Shown here piece by piece: positions 25,667 to 33,898 of a DNA stretch of 64,000 nucleotides. The DNA is from Deltaproteobacteria bacterium. Lineage in GTDB: Bacteria > Desulfobacterota > Deferrimicrobia > Deferrimicrobiales > Deferrimicrobiaceae. The DNA lies in contig JACRCO010000071.1 in assembly GCA_016218975.1 (NCBI GenBank), positions 7,723-71,722 of the forward strand. Direction: 5' to 3'. The position numbers were made by a program, and so were the translations under genes. Numbering within the stretch: the first letter of the stretch is position 1; every line of letters starts with the position of its first letter. A model generated the notes under the pieces. The model was given only the letters and a program-made list of their open reading frames with translations, ran no database searches and had not been told where the DNA came from.

Positions 25667-27883
25667 ATGTGGGAGAAGTTGCAAGCCATGGACAAGACGG
25701 CGGTCGATGAACGTTTCTCGGCAAGCGGGGCTTTCGAGGGAAATCCTTCGGAGGAACGGCACCGGGGAGGTCGCGCCGAACGCGAGAATATACTGGCCGA
25801 AGAGCGGAACTGCTGGCGGATCGCGCAGGCGAACCGCGTCGCGTTTCTCGTCGACGCCGCCGCGTACTTCGAGGCCTTCGCTTCCGCCGCGGAAGCGGCG
25901 CGGGAATCGATACTGATCCTGGCATGGGACATCGACAGCCGGGTCCGCCTGATGCGTAAAGACCATGACAGCGGTCTGCCGCCGGAACTCGGAAATTTCC
26001 TCGATGCGATCGTCTCACGCCGAAAAGGGTTGCACGCGCACATCCTCGCCTGGGATTTCAATCCCATCTACACCTTCGAGCGGGAAGCGCTGCCCGCCGT
26101 CAAACTGGAAAGACGGACCCATCCCCGGGTTCATTTCCAGATGGATGGAAACCATCCGGTCTGGGCGTCGCTGCACCAGAAAGTGGTGGTCGTGGACGAC
26201 TCCATCGCGTTCGCCGGGGGGCTCGACCTGACCCGCAGCAGGTGGGACACGCCCGAGCATCTGCCGAAAGACACGCGGCGCGTCGATCCGTCGGGTGCGG
26301 CCTACGGTCCGTTTCATGACGTTCAGATTGCCGTCGACGGGGAGGCGGCGGCTGCGCTCGGAGACCTCGTGCGCGAGCGATGGTTTCGTGCGACGGGCCG
26401 CTTGCTGCGTCCGCCGAGGAGATGGCGGCGCGATCCGTGGCCGGACAGGCTTGCGCCTGATATCGAAGACGTGCGGGTCGGAATCGCGCGTACAGAGCCC
26501 GCCTACAAGGGCTCCCAAGGGGTCCGTGAAGTGGAATCGCTTCACCTTGATGTCATAGCCGCGGCGCGGAGATCGATTTACATCGAAAGCCCTTACCTGA
26601 GTTCCGACTCCGTAGGGAGGGCGCTTATCGCGCGCCTCGGGGAGGAAAACGGCCCCGAGATCATGATCGTCCTCCCGAAGAACTCCCCGGGCAAGTTCGA
26701 GGAAAGCACGATGGACACCGCCCGTTCGAGGCTCATCCGGCGCCTGCGGGAAGCCGACACATCCGGGCGGCTGCGCATCTATTATCCCGTCACCGGGAAC
26801 CGGGAGGAGGAATGGATAAACGTCCACTCCAAGGTCACCATCGCGGACGACGATATAGTGCGGGTGGGTTCGTCGAACCTCACCAACCGGTCGATGGGAC
26901 TCGACACGGAGTGCGACCTCGCGATCGAAGCCGAAGGAAATCCGCGCCTCCGGTCAGGGATAGTGGAATTCCGGAGCCGCCTCCTCGGCGAACATCTCGG
27001 AATCGAGCCGATGAAAGTGGCCGGGGCCGTCGTGGCAAAAGGTTCGCTGATCGAGGCGGTCGAGTCGCTCCGCGGCGGTAAAAGGACTCTCGATGTGCTC
27101 GCCGGGGAGGTGCCGGAGTGGCGGGACAAACTCATCCCGGACACGTCGATCGTCGATCCCGAGCGTCCGCTCGAACCGGAAACGGTCATCCGGGATTTCG
27201 TTTCGGACGATATCCGGGGGCCCGTACGGAGCAGGCTGCTGGGATGGGCGGTCATTTTTGCGGCGGTCCTTGCGCTGGGCGGACTCTGGAAATTCACTCC
27301 GCTCGGAAGCGCTGCAACTCCCGAGACGGTCGCGGGATGGGTGGATCGGATAAACGGGCACCCTGCGGCGCCGTTCCTTGTGATCGGGGCGTTCGTCGCG
27401 GGCGGGCTGGTCGCCTTCCCCGTCACGATTCTCATCGCGGCGACGGCATTCACGTTCGGGCCGGGGGCGGGTTTCGCCTATTCCCTGGCCGGCTCTTTCC
27501 TGAGCGCGATGGCCACGTACGGAATCGGACGAATGTTTGGCGGGATCCCGTTCCGCCTCGTCGCGGGACGGCGGCTGGACAATCTGAGCCGGATGCTGCG
27601 GCGCAGGGGACTCGTGGCTGTAGCCACAGTGAGGGTCGTGCCGGTCGCTCCCTTCACGTTCATCAATCTGACGGCGGGGGCGTTGCGGATCAGGCCTCTC
27701 GATTTCGCACTGGGGACGTTGATCGGCATGGCCCCCGGGTTGTTCGCGATCACCTTTTTCGGTGAGCGGTTGTCGTACGCGGTCCGCCATCCCGGAATCG
27801 AAAGTTTCCTGGGCCTTGCTGCGCTGGTGGCGGCGCTCGTCGCCGCGGCCGAGTGGCTCCGGCGGCGTTTGCAGGACAGGTAG
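25667..27883 (+). CDS. Phospholipase D-family (two HKD motifs) enzyme fused to a C-terminal DedA/TVP38 membrane domain
   Basis: Within ORF 25490..27883. Start taken at ATG 25667 (MWEKLQAMDK). HKD motifs HQKVVVVDD and HSKVTIADD...GSSNLTNRS. The C-terminal ~200 aa is polytopic hydrophobic with DedA/SNARE-associated-like sequences (VPVAPFTFINLTAGALRIRP). Confidence 0.8.
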   Translation: MWEKLQAMDKTAVDERFSASGAFEGNPSEERHRGGRAERENILAEERNCWRIAQANRVAFLVDAAAYFEAFASAAEAARESILILAWDIDSRVRLMRKDHDSGLPPELGNFLDAIVSRRKGLHAHILAWDFNPIYTFEREALPAVKLERRTHPRVHFQMDGNHPVWASLHQKVVVVDDSIAFAGGLDLTRSRWDTPEHLPKDTRRVDPSGAAYGPFHDVQIAVDGEAAAALGDLVRERWFRATGRLLRPPRRWRRDPWPDRLAPDIEDVRVGIARTEPAYKGSQGVREVESLHLDVIAAARRSIYIESPYLSSDSVGRALIARLGEENGPEIMIVLPKNSPGKFEESTMDTARSRLIRRLREADTSGRLRIYYPVTGNREEEWINVHSKVTIADDDIVRVGSSNLTNRSMGLDTECDLAIEAEGNPRLRSGIVEFRSRLLGEHLGIEPMKVAGAVVAKGSLIEAVESLRGGKRTLDVLAGEVPEWRDKLIPDTSIVDPERPLEPETVIRDFVSDDIRGPVRSRLLGWAVIFAAVLALGGLWKFTPLGSAATPETVAGWVDRINGHPAAPFLVIGAFVAGGLVAFPVTILIAATAFTFGPGAGFAYSLAGSFLSAMATYGIGRMFGGIPFRLVAGRRLDNLSRMLRRRGLVAVATVRVVPVAPFTFINLTAGALRIRPLDFALGTLIGMAPGLFAITFFGERLSYAVRHPGIESFLGLAALVAALVAAAEWLRRRLQDR

Positions 27884-27920
27884 CGGATCCGGGCATCTGA
27901 AAAACCGGAGTGCCGGACTA

Positions 27921-28736
27921 ATGGATGAACACGGAGAAACAGGAATACGGGAACCCGAAGGACTGCTCCTGGCGGCTTCCTATAACGTCCACAGGTGCGT
28001 GGGCATGGACGGCCGGCAGGACCCCGTCCGTGTCGCCGGGGTCCTGAGGGAACTCGGGGCGGACATCGTGGGGCTGCAGGAAGTGGATCCGCGGCCGAAT
28101 CCCTCGGGGAAGCCGAGGCAGCTGGAACGGATCGCCGCGGCCGCGGGTTTCCACTACATCGCGGAAACGGCGCCCCTCCGCCATGACGGGCGCCTCGCCA
28201 ATGCGCTTCTCACCGGCCGAAGGGCGAGGGAAATACGGCGCATCGACCTGAGCCATCCCGGAAGGGAGCCGCGTGGAGCGATCGACGTTGACATCGAAAT
28301 CGACGGCGCGATCGTTCGTGTGATCGTCACCCACCTCGGCCTTCGTCCCGTGGAACGCCGGTTCCAGGTAAAACGCCTGCTGGACGTCCTTTCCCTGGAA
28401 GGAACCCACCTGACGGTCGTCATGGGAGACATCAACGAATGGCTGCCCGGCAGCCGTCCCCTGCGATGGCTTCACGGCCGCCTCGGACGGGCGCCCGCGC
28501 AGCGGACCTTTCCCTCCTTCCTGCCGCTGTTCGCGCTCGACAGGATCTGGGTATGGCCGAGGAAGGCGCTTCAGGCGGTCGAAGCCCATGCGACATCGGC
28601 CGCCCGGATCGCCTCCGATCATCTTCCTATCAAGGCGACGATCGACGTGACGACTCCCCTCACCGTGGAAAGAAGGCGGATCGCTCCGCCGCCGGAGCTG
28701 CTCGAAGAGCCGGAAACGACAAAAATCGGGGTATAG
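27921..28736 (+). CDS. Endonuclease/exonuclease/phosphatase (EEP) family hydrolase
   Basis: Within ORF 27762..28736. Start taken at ATG 27921 (MDEHGE). EEP-like motifs: SYNVHRCVG, GADIVGLQEV, VTHLGL, MGDINEW, SDHLPIKATI. Confidence 0.65.
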   Translation: MDEHGETGIREPEGLLLAASYNVHRCVGMDGRQDPVRVAGVLRELGADIVGLQEVDPRPNPSGKPRQLERIAAAAGFHYIAETAPLRHDGRLANALLTGRRAREIRRIDLSHPGREPRGAIDVDIEIDGAIVRVIVTHLGLRPVERRFQVKRLLDVLSLEGTHLTVVMGDINEWLPGSRPLRWLHGRLGRAPAQRTFPSFLPLFALDRIWVWPRKALQAVEAHATSAARIASDHLPIKATIDVTTPLTVERRRIAPPPELLEEPETTKIGV

Positions 28737-28756
28737 AAAACCGGGCCACCGCGGAT

Positions 28757-28808
28757 AGCGGAAAGGGGCTCGAAACTTAATTTCTTTTGCGTATCCGCTA
28801 TTTTTCTG
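28757..28808 (+). terminator. Possible intrinsic terminator after the EEP gene
   Basis: GCGGATA...TATCCGC stem enclosing a long loop, followed by TATTTTT. The stem is imperfect and the loop long. Confidence 0.3.
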
Positions 28809-28837
28809 TTGACACCATTTTTCGCAAACCGTAAAAT
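28809..28837 (+). promoter_or_regulatory. Near-consensus sigma70 promoter upstream of the XRE-cupin regulator
   Basis: TTGACA (28809-28814), a 17-nt spacer, then TAAAAT (28832-28837). The XRE gene ATG is at 28877. Confidence 0.6.
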
Positions 28838-28876
28838 TCGGATAGATTACTAAACGGGGGGTTTAAAAAAACCGTA

Positions 28877-29413
28877 TTGATAGACATCGGGGCAAGGATC
28901 AAGCACCTGCGGCAGATCAACGGACTTGCCCAGGCCGATCTCGCGGAGCGGGCCGGCCTCACCAAGGGTGCCATCTCCCAGATCGAGCGCAACCACACGT
29001 CCCCCTCCGTCGCCAACCTCCTCGAAATCCTCTCCGCCCTCAACGAAACGCCCTCCTCGTTCTTCGCCGACGACGACGAAGAGAAGGTGATCTTCCGGAA
29101 GACGGAAGCCCTTCCATCCGATGTGACGGGATACGTGTCCTTCGAGACGCTGATCCCCAAGAGCCGCTATCGTTCCATGGTCGCCTACCGGGCGGAGATC
29201 AAGCCCGGCAAGGAGACGCCGCTCGAACCCGCGCAGGAAGGGGAGAACTACGTGTTCGTCCTTTCCGGCCGGCTCGGGTTGCGGCTGGGGAGCGCCGCGT
29301 ACGCGGCGCGCAAAGGCGAAAGCCTCTACTTCTACGCCGAGAAGGAGTTCGCCTTCAGCAACAAGGGAAAGGCTCCCGTCGATTTCCTCTGGGTGAAAAC
29401 CAGTGGGCGATAA
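28877..29413 (+). CDS. XRE-family HTH transcriptional regulator with C-terminal cupin domain
   Basis: HTH: LRQINGLAQADLAERAGLTKGAISQIERN. C-terminal cupin-like beta-barrel (GENYVFVLSGRLGLRLG...GESLYF). Confidence 0.8.
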   Translation: MIDIGARIKHLRQINGLAQADLAERAGLTKGAISQIERNHTSPSVANLLEILSALNETPSSFFADDDEEKVIFRKTEALPSDVTGYVSFETLIPKSRYRSMVAYRAEIKPGKETPLEPAQEGENYVFVLSGRLGLRLGSAAYAARKGESLYFYAEKEFAFSNKGKAPVDFLWVKTSGR

Positions 29414-29488
29414 TTCGGCCCGTGACGAATGCGGGCCCGGGCGGAACCCGGCAACCCAACATGCCGACGAAGAGACGACGAGGAGGAC

Positions 29489-30814
29489 ATGGACCCGAAT
29501 CTCGGTGACGATTCCGTTCCGCTGAGGATCGGCCCGGACGCGGGCGGCGGGAACCCGGTGGGGTTGCCGTGGCCGCAAATCACCCGGGAACAGTGGAACG
29601 ACTATCGCTGGCAGCTTTCCCACCGCATCACATCCGTCCGCGAACTGGCGGGGCTGCGATATTTCTCCCCGGAAGATGCCGCCGTCCTCAACCGCGTGAA
29701 CGACATCTACCACCTGGGAATAACTCCCTACTACCTCTCGCTCATCCGGTTCGACGATCCCGCCGACCCGATCGCCATGCAGGCGATCCCGCGCACCGAG
29801 GAATATTTCGGGATGTCGGTCGGCGAAGACGATCCGCTGGACGAGGAGAAGGACAGCCCCGTTCCCGGCCTCACTCACCGCTATCCCGACCGCTGCCTGA
29901 TGGTGGTGACGAACTTCTGCTCGATGTACTGCCGCCACTGCACGCGGAAGCGGATCTGGGCGCTGGGCGAAGGAGCGAAGACGGAATTCGAGCTCAACAA
30001 GATGTTCTCCTACATCAGGCGGCACGAGGAGATCCGTGACGTCATCATCTCCGGCGGCGATCCCCTCACGCTGCCGACGCAGCGGCTGGAATTCATACTG
30101 AAAGGCCTGCGGAAGATCCCGCACGTGGAGATCGTCCGGATCGGCACCCGTGTGCCGGTCGTCCTTCCCATGCGGATCGACGACGAGCTTTGCGCTTTGC
30201 TTTCGAAGTACGGCCCGATCTGGGTGAACACCCAGTTCAACCATCCCCGCGAGGTCACCGAGGAGGCGCGGCGCGCGTGCGACCGGCTCCTTCATGCCGG
30301 CGTGCCCGTGAACAACCAGACGGTGCTCCTCAAAGGGGTCAACGACCATCCGGAGATCCTGCGCAAGCTGAACACGCAGCTCCTCCGTGCGAAGGTGCGC
30401 CCCTACTACCTGTTCCAATGCGACCAGGTGCGGGGGCTGGAGCATTTCCGCACGCGGCTCTCCAAGGGCGTGGAGATCATGGAGGCGCTCCGGGGCCACA
30501 CGTCGGGGCTGGCAATCCCTACATTCGTGGTGGACGTCCCCGGCGGCGGCGGGAAGATACCCCTGATGCCCAACTACATCCTCTCGATGGGAGAGCGAAG
30601 GACGATCCTGCGCAACTACGAGGGGATAATCGTCAGTTACGAAGAGCCGCACGAAGACGGACGGCCGTCGGCGCAGCCGGAGACGGAGGGGATTCCGCCC
30701 CGCCAGGACGTGTACCGGCTGATGACCGGAGAGGTAAAGGCGCTCATCCCGGCGGGAAACGAGCGGATGGCCCGGAGAAGGAGACGGTGCGAGTCGGCCT
30801 CTCCTACAACGTAA
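29489..30814 (+). CDS. kamA: Lysine 2,3-aminomutase (radical SAM, KamA family)
   Basis: Within ORF 29429..30814. Start at ATG 29489, after an AGGAGGA RBS. Radical-SAM cluster CSMYCRHCTRKR. KamA-family N-terminus (WNDYRWQLSHRI) and PLP-binding region. Confidence 0.85.
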   Translation: MDPNLGDDSVPLRIGPDAGGGNPVGLPWPQITREQWNDYRWQLSHRITSVRELAGLRYFSPEDAAVLNRVNDIYHLGITPYYLSLIRFDDPADPIAMQAIPRTEEYFGMSVGEDDPLDEEKDSPVPGLTHRYPDRCLMVVTNFCSMYCRHCTRKRIWALGEGAKTEFELNKMFSYIRRHEEIRDVIISGGDPLTLPTQRLEFILKGLRKIPHVEIVRIGTRVPVVLPMRIDDELCALLSKYGPIWVNTQFNHPREVTEEARRACDRLLHAGVPVNNQTVLLKGVNDHPEILRKLNTQLLRAKVRPYYLFQCDQVRGLEHFRTRLSKGVEIMEALRGHTSGLAIPTFVVDVPGGGGKIPLMPNYILSMGERRTILRNYEGIIVSYEEPHEDGRPSAQPETEGIPPRQDVYRLMTGEVKALIPAGNERMARRRRRCESASPTT

Positions 30815-31779
30815 AACCGGCCCATTCTCCCGCTCACCTCCCTGAAGACGCCTTCGAGGAGTACGACTCCGAGGCGACGGTGGGGCACATCTGCAATGCC
30901 CTTTCCGCCCTCGGCCACGATGTGGTCCGGCTCGGCGCCGGCCCCGGCATCATAGACGCCATCAGGAAACACAAACCCGAAATAGTCTTCAACATAGCGG
31001 AAGGCGAAGGCGGGCGGTGCCGCGAGGCGCACGTGCCGGCCCTCCTGGAAATGCTTGGCATCCCTTATGTCGGATCGGATCCGCTGACGCTCTGCGTCAC
31101 TCTCGACAAGCCTGTCGCCAAGCGGCTGGTGGCGGCGGGAGGATTCCACACCCCGGGGTTCCGCACCTTCAGTTCGTCCGCCGAATTTTCCGCTCACGGC
31201 CTCTCCTTCCCCGTCATCGTGAAGCCCGCCTTCGAGGGGTCGAGCAAGGGGGTGCGGCTCACATCCCGGGCCGCCGAGCCATCGCAGGCGCGCGACATGG
31301 TGAAGTTCGTCACGGAAACGTATCGCCAGGAGGCCATCGTCGAGGAATTCGTAGCGGGCCCCGAGGTCACCGTGGGACTGCTGGGCAACGAAAGTCCGCG
31401 GGTGGTCGGCGTCATGGAGATCGCACCGAAGAAGGTGCGGCCGGAGGACTTCGTCTATTCCCTCGAAGTCAAGCGCGACTGGGAAAACCAGGTCGAATAC
31501 CGATGCCCGCCGCCTTTCGCGAAAGAGACGATCGCCGAAATCGAGCGGTGCGCGTGGGGGATCTACCGGCTTCTCGGTTGCAGGGATTTCTCCCGGATCG
31601 ATTTCCGGATCGACGGCGGAGGCGTTCCCCAGTTCATCGAATGCAATCCCCTTCCCGGCCTCTCCCCCGGCTACGGCGACCTGCCGATCATGGCCGAAAG
31701 GATGGGCCTGTCCTATCTTTCCCTGATCTCGGAGATCCTTTCGCACGCTCTCTCGCGCCGGGAGGTGGGGGGACGGTGA
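30787..31779 (+). CDS. D-Ala-D-Ala-ligase-like ATP-grasp ligase 1 (L-amino-acid-ligase type)
   Basis: In frame with ORF 30190..31779; the real start is inferred at GTG 30787, after a GGAGAAGGAGA RBS, overlapping the KamA 3' end. Ddl-like N-domain (LLEMLGIPYVGSDPLTLCVTLDKPVAKRL) and ATP-grasp C-domain (FPVIVKPAFEGSSKGV...IDFRIDGGGVPQFIECNPLPGLS). Confidence 0.7.
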   Translation: MRVGLSYNVKPAHSPAHLPEDAFEEYDSEATVGHICNALSALGHDVVRLGAGPGIIDAIRKHKPEIVFNIAEGEGGRCREAHVPALLEMLGIPYVGSDPLTLCVTLDKPVAKRLVAAGGFHTPGFRTFSSSAEFSAHGLSFPVIVKPAFEGSSKGVRLTSRAAEPSQARDMVKFVTETYRQEAIVEEFVAGPEVTVGLLGNESPRVVGVMEIAPKKVRPEDFVYSLEVKRDWENQVEYRCPPPFAKETIAEIERCAWGIYRLLGCRDFSRIDFRIDGGGVPQFIECNPLPGLSPGYGDLPIMAERMGLSYLSLISEILSHALSRREVGGR

Positions 31780-32807
31780 CCATCGGGGGTATCGCCGGTA
31801 AGAAGATCGCGGTGCTCTACACTTCCGTGGAGGAGTCGCTTGCGGGGGTGGAGGACCCCGGGATGCGCGAGAGCATGGACCTGGCGGTAAGCGCCCGGTC
31901 GGTCACGGATGCCCTGGCGAACCTGGGAGCCGACGCGCGGTATTTTTCGTTCGGCAGGGACATCGTGGCGCTCGCGGAATCGTTCCGCTCCTTCGGTGCG
32001 GAAGCGGTGTTCAACCTGAGCGAATGCCCCCTGAACTCGGCGCAGAAGGAGCCCCACGGCGCTGCGTTCCTGGAATTGCTGAAGATCCCCTACACGGGAA
32101 ACGGCCCGATGGCCCTGGCGGTCTGCAACAACAAGGCGCTCACCAAGAGAATCCTATCCTCGCACGGAATCGCGACGCCGGAGTTCCGCCTCTTCTCCGC
32201 CCCTCCCCGTCGCCATTCGGGACTTGTCTTCCCCGTCATCGTGAAGCCGTCGAAGGAGGACGGATCGGCGGGGATCACCGAGGAGAGCGTCGTCGACGAC
32301 GAGGCGGGGCTCAAAAAGAGGGTGGCGCACGTCGTGGAGAAGTACAACCAGGAGGCGCTCGTCGAAGAGTACGTGGGCGGAAGGGAATTCAACGTGGCCG
32401 TGCTGGGCAACGGCACGGCAGTGGATCCCCATCGCGCGTTCCCCCCTGCGGAGCTCGTATACCGGAACCGCAAGTGGCGGATCTGCTCTTTCGAATCGAA
32501 GTGGGACCCGAACCATCCGTCCTTCGCCGAAATCGCTCCCCGGTGCCCTGCGGACGTTTCGGACGGATTGAGGTCGCGCCTTGCGGAAATTACGATGGAA
32601 TGCGCGCGGATCTTCGGGCTGTGCGGCTATTCCCGCGTGGACTACCGCACCAGCCGTAGCGGGAAACTTTTCGTCCTCGAAGTGAATCCGAATCCCGATA
32701 TCTCCCCCGACGCCGGGCTTGCGCGCGCCGCCCGCGCAGAGGGGCTTGCTTATGAAGCGCTGGTCGCGGAAATCCTGCGGCTGGGGCTGGCGCGGGGGGC
32801 GCGATGA
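31776..32807 (+). CDS. D-Ala-D-Ala-ligase-like ATP-grasp ligase 2
   Basis: In frame with ORF 31017..32807. Start inferred at GTG 31776 (GTGA overlap with the upstream stop, GGAGGTGGGG RBS). Motifs LELLKIPYTGNGPMALAVCNNKALTKRIL, FPVIVKPSKEDGSAGI, VDYRTSRSGKLFVLEVNPNPDIS. Confidence 0.7.
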   Translation: MTIGGIAGKKIAVLYTSVEESLAGVEDPGMRESMDLAVSARSVTDALANLGADARYFSFGRDIVALAESFRSFGAEAVFNLSECPLNSAQKEPHGAAFLELLKIPYTGNGPMALAVCNNKALTKRILSSHGIATPEFRLFSAPPRRHSGLVFPVIVKPSKEDGSAGITEESVVDDEAGLKKRVAHVVEKYNQEALVEEYVGGREFNVAVLGNGTAVDPHRAFPPAELVYRNRKWRICSFESKWDPNHPSFAEIAPRCPADVSDGLRSRLAEITMECARIFGLCGYSRVDYRTSRSGKLFVLEVNPNPDISPDAGLARAARAEGLAYEALVAEILRLGLARGAR

Positions 32808-33304
32808 TCAGCCGGAAGGAAACGCAGGCCATGATACGCCCGATCGAAGAGAAGGACCGCGATGCGGTCCGAAATCTCATCGACGGCACCGGGGCATTCA
32901 AGCCGTTCGAGGTCGACGTGGCGATGGAGCTGGTCGACATCGCTCTCACCAGCCCCGATCAGGAGGACTACCATCCCTTCGTTCTGGAAGAGGAGGACGG
33001 GACGGTCGCCGCGTACGCCTGTTTCGGGAAGAACCCGATGACGAAGTTTACCTTCGATCTCTACTGGCTGGCCACCCGCGCCGACAGGATGGGAAAGGGA
33101 TACGGCCGGAAGATCGTCTCCTTCGTCGAGGAAGAGGTACGGAAACGCGGCGGGAAGCTCCTGGTGATCGAAACGTCCTCGAAGGAGAGCTACGGAACGA
33201 CGCGCGAGTTCTACATCCGCATCGGCTGCACCCTCGCAGCCCAACTTCCCGATTACTACGACGACGGCGACGACAAACTCATCTACCTGAAACGCATCAC
33301 GTAG
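32804..33304 (+). CDS. GNAT-family N-acetyltransferase
   Basis: ATGA overlap with the upstream stop. GNAT acetyl-CoA motif RMGKGYGRKIVSFVEEEVRKRGGKLLVIETS. Confidence 0.75.
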   Translation: MISRKETQAMIRPIEEKDRDAVRNLIDGTGAFKPFEVDVAMELVDIALTSPDQEDYHPFVLEEEDGTVAAYACFGKNPMTKFTFDLYWLATRADRMGKGYGRKIVSFVEEEVRKRGGKLLVIETSSKESYGTTREFYIRIGCTLAAQLPDYYDDGDDKLIYLKRIT

Positions 33305-33316
33305 ATCGGCGGCGGG

Positions 33317-33610
33317 TCACAAGGAATCTTCGTCGAACGGAATCCCGCAGCCTGGACAGTGGTGGAGAGTATCGTCCGCGAAAACGAATTTCAGCCCCAG
33401 CGTTTTCCCGCACTTCGGACACTTGATCCCCAAGTACACCAGCACGATCCCGGCGCCGAACACCGTGCCTGCTCCGATCGCCAGGACATCGAACAACGAT
33501 TTCGGTAAATATTTTTCGACGAACGCCAGCATGGTCAGCGCAGCAAAACTTATTCCGGCGATCAGCAGATATGTTTTTTTCTTTTTATTCAATACATCCC
33601 TTGGTTTCAT
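33317..33610 (-). CDS. Small membrane protein with C-terminal zinc ribbon
   Basis: 97 aa with two hydrophobic helices, then CPKCGK...HHCPGCG. Confidence 0.45.
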   Translation of the reverse strand: MKPRDVLNKKKKTYLLIAGISFAALTMLAFVEKYLPKSLFDVLAIGAGTVFGAGIVLVYLGIKCPKCGKTLGLKFVFADDTLHHCPGCGIPFDEDSL

Positions 33611-33898
33611 CTCACCTTACTCCTCGCCGGATTCCATTTTTTCCCTGCGTGCGGCATCCCCGGTTCGATCCGATTAAAGCATCCTACGGGACCGTCACCT
33701 CGATGGCAAGGAGGCCACGGGAAATGCCTGATGCCCAGTCCGGATTGCGCAGGCAAGGAAATGGGAATATCCTGCATTTCAACCGTCCAAAACTCCGTCG
33801 ATTTCCGTTAGCGCGAACAATTCGCAAATCATTACTGATTTTTTCTTTCACTGAATCCGATACATAAACGGAGGGTATCTCATTCAACGGGAGACGGT

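Noticed and set aside
28850-30652. 600-aa minus-strand ORF
   Set aside because: It is antisense to the clearly real lysine 2,3-aminomutase (CSMYCRHC radical-SAM motif). The translation is Arg/Pro/Gly rich and typical of out-of-frame reading in high-GC DNA.
30190-30786. Upstream parts of the long ORFs 30190..31779 and 31017..32807
   Set aside because: These N-terminal extensions read through the preceding genes in another frame. The Ddl-like domains begin at GTG codons with good RBSs (30787 and 31776), which gives translationally coupled genes of normal Ddl length.
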